A stretch of DNA of 32,000 nt. Source: Sulfolobus acidocaldarius DSM 639 (GTDB lineage: Archaea; Thermoproteota; Thermoprotei_A; Sulfolobales; Sulfolobaceae). The notes beneath the pieces were generated by a model that was not told the DNA's origin, did no database searches, and saw nothing but the letters and a program-made list of their open reading frames with translations. Within the stretch, counting starts at the first letter, position 1, and each line of letters begins with the position of its first letter. A program made the position numbers and the translations under genes. Shown piece by piece: positions 12,205 through 23,357 of this stretch. The stretch covers positions 1,380,001 to 1,412,000 of the forward strand of contig NC_007181.1 of assembly GCF_000012285.1 (NCBI RefSeq), in the 5' to 3' direction.

Positions 12205-12756
12205 ATGGACCGGAAGGCTATTTACTATACGCTGATAGGTGCTGTACCCTTTGGTGGTAGCAGCATATCATCCTTTATGGTGTCAAGATATTTAAGGGAC
12301 TTCACTGAAACCCTAAGATATTTGCCTTTAACAATAGGTATCTGTTTACTTACCACATTCTTAATTACTTACAACTATCTGCAGTCCTACGTTGCTGAGA
12401 TACTAGTAGCTGTTGCCGTGGCTCCATTTATAATAGGGTATGTGTTTAGTAGCGTGTACGAAAATATCAAAGTGAATGTGAGCGAATATTACATTGAAGT
12501 CATATTTAAAGTCCCTGTGGGGGAGTTGAAATTTGATAACCCATCAGAGATGTTTAATTACTTATTCTCTAGATCATTGAAAAAGATTAGACCTCCTTAC
12601 TATCAGAAGTTAAAAGTATTAAATAACTGTGGTAATCTCAGAGTTGTACCTAGGGAAAATGAGATAGTACTAAGGAAAAAATGTGGTGATACACAGATCG
12701 AGATCATTGTAAGAGGAAAAAGGAATGTTGACATGAAAGTTACAATGAGCTATTAA
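12205..12756 (+). CDS. hypothetical membrane protein
   Basis: 183 aa with about 3 N-terminal hydrophobic helices followed by a soluble C-terminal region. I recognise no family. Confidence 0.45.
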   Translation: MDRKAIYYTLIGAVPFGGSSISSFMVSRYLRDFTETLRYLPLTIGICLLTTFLITYNYLQSYVAEILVAVAVAPFIIGYVFSSVYENIKVNVSEYYIEVIFKVPVGELKFDNPSEMFNYLFSRSLKKIRPPYYQKLKVLNNCGNLRVVPRENEIVLRKKCGDTQIEIIVRGKRNVDMKVTMSY

Positions 12757-12829
12757 AAATTCATATTAGTATTCTTGTTGTATATTTTTAGTAAAAACTT
12801 TATAAACTACAAATCGTCATGATATATTA

Positions 12830-13687
12830 ATGTCAGTTACGCTATCGAGGAAATTAATTGACTACGTTAAATTAGCGAAACCTAAGGTCGTTAGTCTGCT
12901 AGATGTTGTAGCTATTGCCTCATATATTCTCGCATTTAAGGGGAATTGGTATAACCTAATTCCCGTCTTAATAGGGGGAAGTATTGCAGCCGGTGGTTCA
13001 ATGATAATAAATGGCGGGCTTGAAATAGAAAAGGATAAAGTGATGAAGAGAACGTCTTGGAGACCCACAGTGAAAGGGGAGGTTGGAAGAAAAGAGGCAT
13101 ATATGGTAGGCGGTATAGCCTGTGCTTTAGGGTCATTGATTGGATTGTTAGCAAATCCCCTTACAGCCTTTTTCATTCTATTGGGTTCTCTAGTATACGT
13201 ATTTGTATATTCTTACTACCTGAAGCCAAGAACTTGGCTGAACATAGTTATAGGAGGGTTTGCAGGAAGTGCGGCTGCATGGGCTGGTTATGCTGCTGCG
13301 TCAAACTCATTTAATCTTGAATCACTACTTTTAGGACTGCTAGTGTTTGCTTGGACACCTGGACACTTTTGGGCTTTAGCACTGAGGTATAAAAGAGATT
13401 ATGCTAACGCAGAAATACCAATGCTTCCGGCTATAGTTGATGATAAAACCGCAGCAAGAGCAATAGCAATTTCAAACATTCTAATGATTCCATTTGCCTT
13501 GGGTCTCATGTTATATCTTAACTTGATTTACGTAATAATCACGCTTGCTGCGACTGCGGTCTTGTTGTATTTCAATGTTAGGCTTATGAGGAATCCCACT
13601 CCAGAGGAATCATGGATATCATACAAATTCTCTGCCCCATACTTAGCCATAGTTATGATAGCTGCTGTCATATCGTTCATTTTGTAA
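12830..13687 (+). CDS. ctaB: protoheme IX farnesyltransferase (heme O synthase)
   Basis: 285 aa polytopic UbiA-family protein. [26 protein letters not shown] is characteristic of CyoE/CtaB. Confidence 0.9.
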   Translation: MSVTLSRKLIDYVKLAKPKVVSLLDVVAIASYILAFKGNWYNLIPVLIGGSIAAGGSMIINGGLEIEKDKVMKRTSWRPTVKGEVGRKEAYMVGGIACALGSLIGLLANPLTAFFILLGSLVYVFVYSYYLKPRTWLNIVIGGFAGSAAAWAGYAAASNSFNLESLLLGLLVFAWTPGHFWALALRYKRDYANAEIPMLPAIVDDKTAARAIAISNILMIPFALGLMLYLNLIYVIITLAATAVLLYFNVRLMRNPTPEESWISYKFSAPYLAIVMIAAVISFIL

Positions 13688-13915
13688 CATTATACAGTTA
13701 AGATTCATGCGACTTAATTCTATAAATTATCAAGTAGTCTAGTCTTCATAGACTTTTGTGAGTATGAATTAAGTCGAGTATGTTATCAGAGATATTCTAT
13801 GACTTACACTAATTTTTACTATTACAGAGGTTATGCGTAATTAAAGAGAATATAGTGAGAAGTTTTCAGCGAGAAAAATGTCGAAGGCTTATTTTTCTTA
13901 CCATTAGTCTAAAAT

Positions 13916-14830
13916 CTAATACCATCCCCTCGTCATTAAAATCAGATCTGATAATAATCCATAAGCTGCATTCTTTGGTCCTGCCCCTGGTCCTCTAATT
14001 ACTATGGTCTGAATATCTGTGGATATCTCTAATCCATTCTCAACTCCATCCACGCTGAATAGCGGATCCTCAGGTAATAATGGGACTGGTCTTACCTGGA
14101 CAGTTTTTTCGTCCGCATAGGCTATCAGTTTGATTTTTTTATTATCTCTTTTTGCAGAATCTAAATTCTGTATACCCTCTATTTTCACATCCCTTATGGT
14201 TATGTCTAAGTTAAGCATTAAATTGGCTAATATGGTGAGTTTTGCACCTGCATCAAATCCACTTATATCATTTGTTGGGTCTGACTCTGCATAACCTAGT
14301 GTCTGAGCGTCCTTGAGGGCTTCCGTAAAACTGAGACCATTGTACATTTTGGTCAGTATGTAATTCGTTGTTCCGTTCAAAATACCTCTAATTCTCTTGA
14401 CTTCACTTCCCGGTAACACTCTGAACAGATTTATACTAGGTGTTCCACTCATTACAGTTGCCTGAAATCCGACTCTTCCTTTTCCTACTATGTCCTTAAA
14501 TGCTAATGCAAGCGGTGCCTTGTTTGCGGTTATCACAATTCTATCATCCTTAAGCACCTTCATGTAGAGTTGTAATGATGGAGACCCATCCTTATAATTA
14601 GCTGGTAAAGTATCTATTACAGCATCAGGATTTAATTTTTCGTAAGCTAGGAATATATCGCCCTTATAGTCCACCGTAAAATCCTGTTTATCACCTAACA
14701 TGATTCCTTTACTTGTCACTACTCCAGCTATCTCAATATCCTTTAATTCCCTTATCTTACTCTTTTTCTCATGAATTAAACTCCTAAAGGCTTTACCGAC
14801 ATTTCCGTAACCTAAGAGAAGTATTTTTAT
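13916..14830 (-). CDS. hom: homoserine dehydrogenase (5' end extended beyond the first canonical start; apparent ATA start)
   Basis: The C-terminal 267 aa carry GILNGTTNYIL and YAESDPTNDISGFDAGAKL. The same frame stays open upstream to 14842 and encodes (I)KILLLGYGNVGKAF, the NAD(P)-binding GxGxxG N-terminus. No ATG, GTG or TTG precedes that motif (see finding). Confidence 0.85.
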   Translation of the reverse strand: MKILLLGYGNVGKAFRSLIHEKKSKIRELKDIEIAGVVTSKGIMLGDKQDFTVDYKGDIFLAYEKLNPDAVIDTLPANYKDGSPSLQLYMKVLKDDRIVITANKAPLALAFKDIVGKGRVGFQATVMSGTPSINLFRVLPGSEVKRIRGILNGTTNYILTKMYNGLSFTEALKDAQTLGYAESDPTNDISGFDAGAKLTILANLMLNLDITIRDVKIEGIQNLDSAKRDNKKIKLIAYADEKTVQVRPVPLLPEDPLFSVDGVENGLEISTDIQTIVIRGPGAGPKNAAYGLLSDLILMTRGWY

Positions 14831-15495
14831 GCTAATTTTACATCACCGTTCCACTTACCATTTGCGTATTTTACTAAAAGTTCAGCTGTTCTTTTAGAAG
14901 CTAAAATCACCAGGTCCTCATTCACTCCTTTTACACCTGCAGAGACTATTAGTACATCTTTCGTTGTCTCAATTACATTTGTTAATGTGGAGTCTCGGTG
15001 AGGATAGATATGCATAACTACTCCTTTACTGTCCACTAATATTGGTATGTTTGGATCTATCTTTTCAGGCTCTGATCTGCCTATGGCATAAAATAGTTCT
15101 CCCCCACTACTTAGTTTAAGGTATATTGGATACTGAAACCTAGCCTTATCATAAATTCCTATAGGAACTAATGTATCTGCACTCACCAAATTTCCAATGT
15201 CCACTATATTGTTTATTCTTGGGATACTACCATTCCTGCTAATTCTCCTTCTTAAGGCTTCACCGCTGGGTCTAGTTTTTGTCGGATCTATTCCAATTTT
15301 CCAGTAAAAGTCTCTATAGGCTCTGATTATGGTGTTTTCCTTTAGCTTCTCTGGGTTCTCGTTTTTGTACTTTTCTTCTACCATCTTTATCTCAGTTTCT
15401 AACTCCCCCGCACTTCTCCCAAATTTAATGTCTTCAACCTCAGTATAAGCTACGAAGATTCCCAAAGCCTTAGCCCTATCCTCAATCAGAAGCAT
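14827..15495 (-). CDS. free-standing B3/B4 tRNA-binding-domain protein (PheRS beta-subunit-related)
   Basis: 222 aa. RAYRDFYWKIGIDPTKTRPSGEALRRR...NNIVDIGNLVS...PIGIYD resembles the B3/4 domain family. Confidence 0.7.
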   Translation of the reverse strand: MLLIEDRAKALGIFVAYTEVEDIKFGRSAGELETEIKMVEEKYKNENPEKLKENTIIRAYRDFYWKIGIDPTKTRPSGEALRRRISRNGSIPRINNIVDIGNLVSADTLVPIGIYDKARFQYPIYLKLSSGGELFYAIGRSEPEKIDPNIPILVDSKGVVMHIYPHRDSTLTNVIETTKDVLIVSAGVKGVNEDLVILASKRTAELLVKYANGKWNGDVKLA

Positions 15496-15572
15496 AGTAG
15501 ACTTATGAGTGTTAAGTTTTTAAAGATTATATGGAAGATTAACTTTTACCCAAGTGTTACAAATAATTATTC

Positions 15573-16919
15573 ATGGATGTTTTAGCTAGAGCCGAATCAT
15601 ATGGTGCAACATTTGCGGATTTGCGTTACTTTAAATCTAAGGGATTATCGTTAGTTGTTACTGAAGATAGAGAGCAAGTGAGTAGTTATGGAACTGAAAG
15701 AGGTTATTCCTTGAGAGTGTTGTATAGAAATAATTGGGGATATTTTTCATCTTCGAAGGAAATTGAGGAGGAAAATGTAAAGCAAGCCATAAATAGCGCA
15801 GTAGGTAACGAGAATGTAAACATAATACTTCTCCCTTCTAAGCATGATGAAATTATGCTGAAACCCAGATATGAGGTTAGTAAATCTGTCCATGAGAAAA
15901 TGGAGGATCTTAAGAGACTTAGGCAAAAGTTATTTGATCTTGATTCAAGAATTAAGAGCGTTACCATAAGGTACGCAGAAGAGGAAATTAGGAAGGAGTA
16001 CTATAGTACAGAAGGTAGAGAAATAAAGCAATCTTACTACTTATCTGGAATTTCTATAAACGTAATAGCTAGGGAAGGAGACACTATATCTTCTGCCTAT
16101 CATCGTCATTTTTCCTACCAAGGTTATCCATTTGAAGTTTTCAATGAGGAGGAGATATTAGATACTGTGAAAATGAGAATAAATAATCAATTTATTGGCT
16201 TGACACCTAAAGCAGGTCTATACACTGTTATATTATCTCCAGATGTTTCAGGAGTTTTCGCTCATGAGGCAATAGGTCATTTGGCAGAGGCAGACCTTTC
16301 AACTAACGGTATATTATTTCCTTTAAGAGGTAAGAAAATAGCCCCTGACTCTGTGACAATAATGGATTCACCATTGGTTCAATATCCTGAAGGGATAGGA
16401 GTGACTTTGTATGACGATGAAGGGGTAGAAGGCAGAGATGTGAAGATTATCGATAAAGGCGTGGTAAAGGAATCTCTCACAGACAGGTTTTACTCATTAT
16501 ATTTAGGTCAAAAGCCTACAGGTAATGCTAGGTCGGAGGACTTTAAGAGCCCTGTCCTTATTAGAATGAGAAATACTTATTTCGCTCCTGGAGATATTTC
16601 ATATCAAGAGATATTAAGGGAGACAAAAAACGGTATTTTACTTGTGTCTCCAAGTGGAGGACAGACTAGTCCAGATGGAACTTTCCAATTTGGTATCCAG
16701 GAGTCATATTTGATAGAAAACGGGGAAATAAGTAAACCTTTGAAGACTGTAGGGATATCTGGATACACTTTAGAGACACTAAAAAGTGTGGTAAGTGTAT
16801 CTAAGGAGTTTAATGTTTTTCCAGGTTTTTGCGGTAAGGACGGTCAATCTGTTCCTGTAGGTACAGGAGGTCCATATGTGAAGGTTGAAAAGGTTAAGGT
16901 GGGTGGTATAGTTGGTTAA
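15573..16919 (+). CDS. tldD: TldD-family metalloprotease
   Basis: 448 aa. It has the HExxxH zinc motif (FAHEAIGHLAEAD) and the conserved C-terminal GxC...G region (FPGFCGKDGQSVPVGTGGP). Confidence 0.9.
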   Translation: MDVLARAESYGATFADLRYFKSKGLSLVVTEDREQVSSYGTERGYSLRVLYRNNWGYFSSSKEIEEENVKQAINSAVGNENVNIILLPSKHDEIMLKPRYEVSKSVHEKMEDLKRLRQKLFDLDSRIKSVTIRYAEEEIRKEYYSTEGREIKQSYYLSGISINVIAREGDTISSAYHRHFSYQGYPFEVFNEEEILDTVKMRINNQFIGLTPKAGLYTVILSPDVSGVFAHEAIGHLAEADLSTNGILFPLRGKKIAPDSVTIMDSPLVQYPEGIGVTLYDDEGVEGRDVKIIDKGVVKESLTDRFYSLYLGQKPTGNARSEDFKSPVLIRMRNTYFAPGDISYQEILRETKNGILLVSPSGGQTSPDGTFQFGIQESYLIENGEISKPLKTVGISGYTLETLKSVVSVSKEFNVFPGFCGKDGQSVPVGTGGPYVKVEKVKVGGIVG

Positions 16920-18159
16920 GGACGAGTATTCATTGATTAGTAGAGCGAAGGATATGGGTGTAACCGCTGAAATATACTCTGTAGAAGTCTCCTCAATACA
17001 ATATAAGAAAGACAGACAAGCTCACTTTTTTAATCTAAGAGATACAGGCTATGGTCTTAGAGTAATTAAGGATGGAAAAGTAGGTTTTGCTCACTCAAAC
17101 TTATTAGACGATAGTTTACTGGAGATGGCAATAGAAACAATGAAGTTATCTAAAGAAGATAAATTTAACGTCTTACCATATTCAAAGCCTGTAAATAAGA
17201 TCAACTTAAAGTTCTTCGATATAGAAGAAGTAAGGGAGAAATTACTTGAGTTTTCTAAGCAAACTGAGGAAGCTAAGGATTACGCGAATGTGGTCAATGA
17301 GTACTATGAGGCTGTGAATAGTAAAATTAAGATCATAAGCACAGAGGGTATGGATGTAGAAGAGGAGAGGAGTCTTGTAGGCATGTCAATAGTTTATAAT
17401 TTCAAAATTGGAGATTACGTATCTCCTGAAATTTACGAGGGGATTTCCAGTAGAGATATAGGGAAGTTAGACGTCCAGAGGGGTATTATGGATAAAATAG
17501 TGACGAAGAGAAATTTATATAAAAATATGAACAAAGAGAGGTTAAAATTCAATAGTGTCATATTAACCCCTAAAGCTGTGTCCTCATTATTCATTCCCCT
17601 CCTTATGCACTCTTTATCCTTAGAGAATAAATTTAGAGGCAAAAGTATTTTGAAGGACGAGGAGATTTTGAATGAGTCTCTAACACTAATTGATAACCCA
17701 TCACTCTCCCATGCTCCTGGTAGTAGATCTTTTGATGGCGAGGGTCTACCCTCAAAAATTGTACAGCTTATAGAGAGAGGAAAGGTTAGGAATTTCCTAT
17801 CTAACACGTATTGGTCATTGAAGGCTAACAGAGAGAATACGCATTCAGCAGGGAGGAGTTATTCAACTTTGCCTTCTATTTCGCCATCAGTAATCGATAT
17901 TCAAGTCTCCAGCTCTGCAGATGAGGAGACAATAGTAGTTGATGAAGTTCAAGGAGTCCATACGAGTAATTTCGATACAGGAGATTTTTCATTAGTAGCT
18001 TCAGTCTCATGGTATAAGGATAGTGCTCTAAGAGAGCTAACTATCAGTGGTAATATCAAGGATCTTGCGAAGAATATTGTAGGAGCCCTAGGTGAAAAGG
18101 AAATGGTGTGGAATGTTCATACTAAATCCTTGTTTTTTAACGGCGTTAATCTAGTATGA
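16912..18159 (+). CDS. pmbA: PmbA/TldE-family protein (non-catalytic partner of TldD)
   Basis: 415 aa of the same fold family but without HExxxH. It has GVHTSNFDTGDFS. An 8-nt overlap links it to tldD. Confidence 0.85.
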   Translation: MVKDEYSLISRAKDMGVTAEIYSVEVSSIQYKKDRQAHFFNLRDTGYGLRVIKDGKVGFAHSNLLDDSLLEMAIETMKLSKEDKFNVLPYSKPVNKINLKFFDIEEVREKLLEFSKQTEEAKDYANVVNEYYEAVNSKIKIISTEGMDVEEERSLVGMSIVYNFKIGDYVSPEIYEGISSRDIGKLDVQRGIMDKIVTKRNLYKNMNKERLKFNSVILTPKAVSSLFIPLLMHSLSLENKFRGKSILKDEEILNESLTLIDNPSLSHAPGSRSFDGEGLPSKIVQLIERGKVRNFLSNTYWSLKANRENTHSAGRSYSTLPSISPSVIDIQVSSSADEETIVVDEVQGVHTSNFDTGDFSLVASVSWYKDSALRELTISGNIKDLAKNIVGALGEKEMVWNVHTKSLFFNGVNLV

Positions 18160-18201
18160 AAGTTTTTATTTTTTCTCTATCATAATAATGTGTGGATGGG
18201 T

Positions 18202-18615
18202 ATGTTTAAAAAAATAGTTGTAGCATATGATGGTTCTGATAACGCTAATAGGGCATTAGACGTTGCCATAGATCTAGCAAAGAAGTATGACGCTAAGTTA
18301 GATGTTGTTCAAGTGGTGGATACTTCAGCATTACTTGGAATGGGTCTTGCACCTGTACCAAATGACTTGATCCAACAAGTTTACTCTAAGGCTAAGAGTG
18401 ATGTGGAGAACGCTAAGAGTAAAGCCACAAATCAAGGCATTAAAGAGGTTGATGGTATAGTACTGGAGGGAGATCCTGCATCTTCTATCGTAGAGTACTC
18501 AAGTAAAAGTGGTGCCAATCTGATTGTGACAGGAAGTAGAGGTCTATCTACTTTCAAGCGTCTCCTTTTAGGGAGTGTATCCACAAAAATTGCTCAAGAA
18601 TCAAGAATTCCGGTG

Positions 18616-18630
<15 letters not shown>
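18202..18630 (+). CDS. universal stress protein (UspA family)
   Basis: The motifs are MFKKIVVAYDGSD and the ATP-binding tail [31 protein letters not shown]. The ATG at 18202 is preferred over the GTG at 18190. Confidence 0.85.
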
Positions 18631-20446
<1,816 letters not shown>

Positions 20447-20558
20447 CTATGAAAGGTGATTAGTGAGGTGATCGCTGATAAATGATGAAAGTGTTAAAAC
20501 TCTTTAATGCAAAGGTATTTTAGTAACTGTTAGAATATACCTTATTGATGATGTTAAG

Positions 20559-21074
20559 ATGACAGAAGAATTATTATTAACAGGAAACCTTGAAGAAGTA
20601 TCAAAAAAAGTTGTTAATTGGTTACTAAATAGGAAACCAATAAAAAGTTTGAAAGACTGGGGTACATCATTCTCGTTATGGCCTCCTCATCTAACAACAA
20701 GTTGCTGTGGGACAGAGTTCGGCGCATTTGCAGCAGCAAGGTTTGACGCAGAAAGATATGGTGTTTTACCATTTTCCTCAGCCAGACAGACTAACTTACT
20801 AGTAATTGAAGGTACATTAACTAGAAAGATGGGTAGAGCTGCCAAGATTGTCTATGATCAGATGCCAGAGCCCAAATTCGTAATAGCTATGGGTGCATGT
20901 GCATTAGAGGGTGGTATTTTCTGGAACTCTTACAATACTGTTTTACCCTCAGATTTAGGAATTCCTGTGGATATTTACGCGCCAGGTTGCCCAACAAGAC
21001 CTGAGGCATTAGCAAGAGCCGTATTGCTACTTCAGAAGAGGATTAGATCTAGTAACGGAACTCTTAATAAATAG
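20559..21074 (+). CDS. NuoB-like protein (complex I 20-kDa / NiFe-hydrogenase small-subunit-like Fe-S protein)
   Basis: 171 aa. All four cluster-N2-type cysteines are present: SCCGTEF (CC), MGACALEGG and PGCPTRPEAL. No other nuo genes are in the window. Confidence 0.8.
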   Translation: MTEELLLTGNLEEVSKKVVNWLLNRKPIKSLKDWGTSFSLWPPHLTTSCCGTEFGAFAAARFDAERYGVLPFSSARQTNLLVIEGTLTRKMGRAAKIVYDQMPEPKFVIAMGACALEGGIFWNSYNTVLPSDLGIPVDIYAPGCPTRPEALARAVLLLQKRIRSSNGTLNK

Positions 21075-21091
21075 AGTTCCTTATTTTTAAT

Positions 21092-22240
21092 ATGGACGAC
21101 CTATTAAAACTGGTTTCTGGACTAGTCAAAATTCCTAGTGTAAACCCACCTCATGGAGAAGGTTTAAGAGACTGTGCGAATTTTATAAGAGAGTATTTCT
21201 CTAACCACGGTTATAGTGCTGAAGTAGTAGAATTTGATAAGGGATGGCCAAACATTATTGTTAACAATGGTAAGAAGAGCGATAAGTCTATAATGCTGAA
21301 TGGGCATTATGATGTTGTTCCTACGGGAGATTTAAAAAGCTGGTCTCATGATCCCTTCTCAGCTCTAATACTTGAAGACAAGATTTACGGAAGAGGCTCT
21401 TCTGATATGAAGAGCGGTTTAGCAGTCCAAATGAAAGTCTTCGTTGAGTTAGCGGACAAGTTAGATTATAACCTGGTGTTTACTGCAGTCCCTGATGAGG
21501 AAAGTGGTGGTTTTCATGGCGCTAAACATCTTGCAGAGAAATACAAGCCTAATTTAGTATTAGTTTCAGAGCCCTCAGGATCTGAATGGATAAATATAGG
21601 TGAAAAAGGACTTCTTCAGGTTAAGTTAAAGTCTAAGGGTAAGGTTGCTCACGGTAGCCTTCCTTCTCTTGGTGATAACGCTATTATGAAAATTGTTAGG
21701 GATCTAGTGAATTTGGAGAAGATAAGGGATGTGAAAATACCTATACCTAGTGAACTAAAGGAAGCAATTTCAGCTAGAGCTTCATCTGAAGTGGAGAAGG
21801 ATTACGTATCTATATCTTTCAATCCTGGGGTAATTAAGGGTGGCGTTAAGGTAAATGTAGTCCCTGATTACGCTGAGGCTGAAGTAGATATGAGGATACC
21901 ACCTGGTATAAAAAATTCAGAGGCTTTATCATTAGTTAAGAAGTTAGTAAGTGAGAGTGAAGTAGAACCAATTGACCTCTCCGAGCCCAACTATACTAAC
22001 CCTGAAAATCATTATGTTAAAAAGCTTGAAGAAACGATAAGTAAGACCTTAGGGATAAGACCTAAGAATTATATCATAACTGGCGCTACAGACGGACGCT
22101 ATTTTAGGAACAAAGGAATTCCCGCAATAGTTTACGGACCCGGAGAGTTAGGTGTCGCACATACTTACAACGAGTTTGTGAGTTTCAAGGAGGTAATAAA
22201 CGCGTATAAGGTCATAAGGGAATATTTACTTTCAATTTAA
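21092..22240 (+). CDS. M20-family metallopeptidase/deacylase (ArgE/DapE/CPG2-like)
   Basis: 382 aa. The motifs are LNGHYDVVP, GRGSSDMKSG and PDEESGG. Confidence 0.85.
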   Translation: MDDLLKLVSGLVKIPSVNPPHGEGLRDCANFIREYFSNHGYSAEVVEFDKGWPNIIVNNGKKSDKSIMLNGHYDVVPTGDLKSWSHDPFSALILEDKIYGRGSSDMKSGLAVQMKVFVELADKLDYNLVFTAVPDEESGGFHGAKHLAEKYKPNLVLVSEPSGSEWINIGEKGLLQVKLKSKGKVAHGSLPSLGDNAIMKIVRDLVNLEKIRDVKIPIPSELKEAISARASSEVEKDYVSISFNPGVIKGGVKVNVVPDYAEAEVDMRIPPGIKNSEALSLVKKLVSESEVEPIDLSEPNYTNPENHYVKKLEETISKTLGIRPKNYIITGATDGRYFRNKGIPAIVYGPGELGVAHTYNEFVSFKEVINAYKVIREYLLSI

Positions 22241-22255
22241 TTTTTTAGGAAAAAA
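22241..22255. terminator. bidirectional oligo-T terminator candidate between convergent genes
   Basis: TTTTTTAGGAAAAAA gives a T6 run on the plus strand directly after the M20 stop, and a T6 run on the minus strand directly after the VIT1-like stop. Confidence 0.4.
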
Positions 22256-22259
22256 CTAT

Positions 22260-23324
22260 TTAAGATGGTAGTATTCCTGGAGGCAAGAAATGAGCTGCTA
22301 GGACTCCTAACAAGTGTGTAGCTATAGCAGCTCCTATACCTAATACTAACATCTCTGCTCCTTTTTTGACTGGATTCACTTCACTTATTAAGCCTATCAA
22401 TGATCCCACTGTGAATATTGCTAATCCTGATACTAAATAGGAGGATATTAAGCCTGTTAGTCCGCTTAAACCAATAAGGTATGTTATAACGGGTATTATG
22501 GCACCTACAATATAAGACAACCCTGTTATTAATGCACTCTTTCTAGGGCTTTCGTCAGTTTCGGGAGATATGATATCCTCTGCGACATCGACCAGTCTAG
22601 GAGATAGCTTTTCTGCCACCTCCTCTTTTACACCCATATCCACTAACACCTCTGACAGTCTGTCCATAACTTCATTCTTGTCTATTGCTTTAGCCTCCTC
22701 TATCCTTTTCCTCTTTATCTGGTTAATCTCTTTGCTTGACTTGGTTGAGAGATAAGCACCAATGCTCATTGATAATGTACCAGAAGCTCCCACGATTAAT
22801 CCAGAGACAGCCACAAAAAGTGGGTTTCCTATAGCACCTGCAATACCAGAGGTTGCTGCTAGAACCTCAACTAAACCATCACTTATACCGTAGATGAAAT
22901 CTCCAACATCTTTGGCTTTAAGTCTACCTAATAGCTCCTCATGAACAGCCTCATCTATGGCAATTTCCCTAATTTTTTGCCTCTCCTGTTGCGTGAACTC
23001 CTCGGTTCTAGCCAATGACAAATATTTGTTTATACTCTCATTCTCCCTGGATTCAAGTAGTTTTATTGTAAGCTGCAGACCGAATATTTTCCTGAAAGTT
23101 TTGTAAAATTTTATTCTTAATCTATCAATTTTTCCTAACTGTTCTAAGCCTAGTCCCTTCCTATCCGCAATCTTCCTCCATACTTCTGCATGTTTTTCCT
23201 CCATCTCAGCCAGTTTCAATAAGCACTCCCTAGCGTAATTGTCCTTCTCATCCTTTGCTAATTCTCTGTAAACTTCTCTATCGAAGAGTTCATCTTTATA
23301 GTTCTTTGATGGGTTACTACTCAT
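22260..23324 (-). CDS. ferritin-like domain fused to a VIT1/CCC1 iron/manganese transporter domain
   Basis: 354 aa. The N-terminal helical ferritin/rubrerythrin-like region reads LAEMEEKHAEVW. The C-terminal part has the VIT signature (YGISDGLVEVLAATSGIAGA) and multiple TM helices. Confidence 0.8.
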   Translation of the reverse strand: MSSNPSKNYKDELFDREVYRELAKDEKDNYARECLLKLAEMEEKHAEVWRKIADRKGLGLEQLGKIDRLRIKFYKTFRKIFGLQLTIKLLESRENESINKYLSLARTEEFTQQERQKIREIAIDEAVHEELLGRLKAKDVGDFIYGISDGLVEVLAATSGIAGAIGNPLFVAVSGLIVGASGTLSMSIGAYLSTKSSKEINQIKRKRIEEAKAIDKNEVMDRLSEVLVDMGVKEEVAEKLSPRLVDVAEDIISPETDESPRKSALITGLSYIVGAIIPVITYLIGLSGLTGLISSYLVSGLAIFTVGSLIGLISEVNPVKKGAEMLVLGIGAAIATHLLGVLAAHFLPPGILPS

Positions 23325-23357
23325 AAGATAGAAATAGATATCAGAAACTAAAATATC

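Noticed and set aside
15844-15861. ATGATGA followed 7 nt later by CTGA inside tldD, with similar isolated box-like hits at 4683, 4741, 9204 and 13030
   Set aside because: They are inside coding sequence with the wrong box spacing and no second box pair. Such hits are expected by chance in an AT-rich genome.
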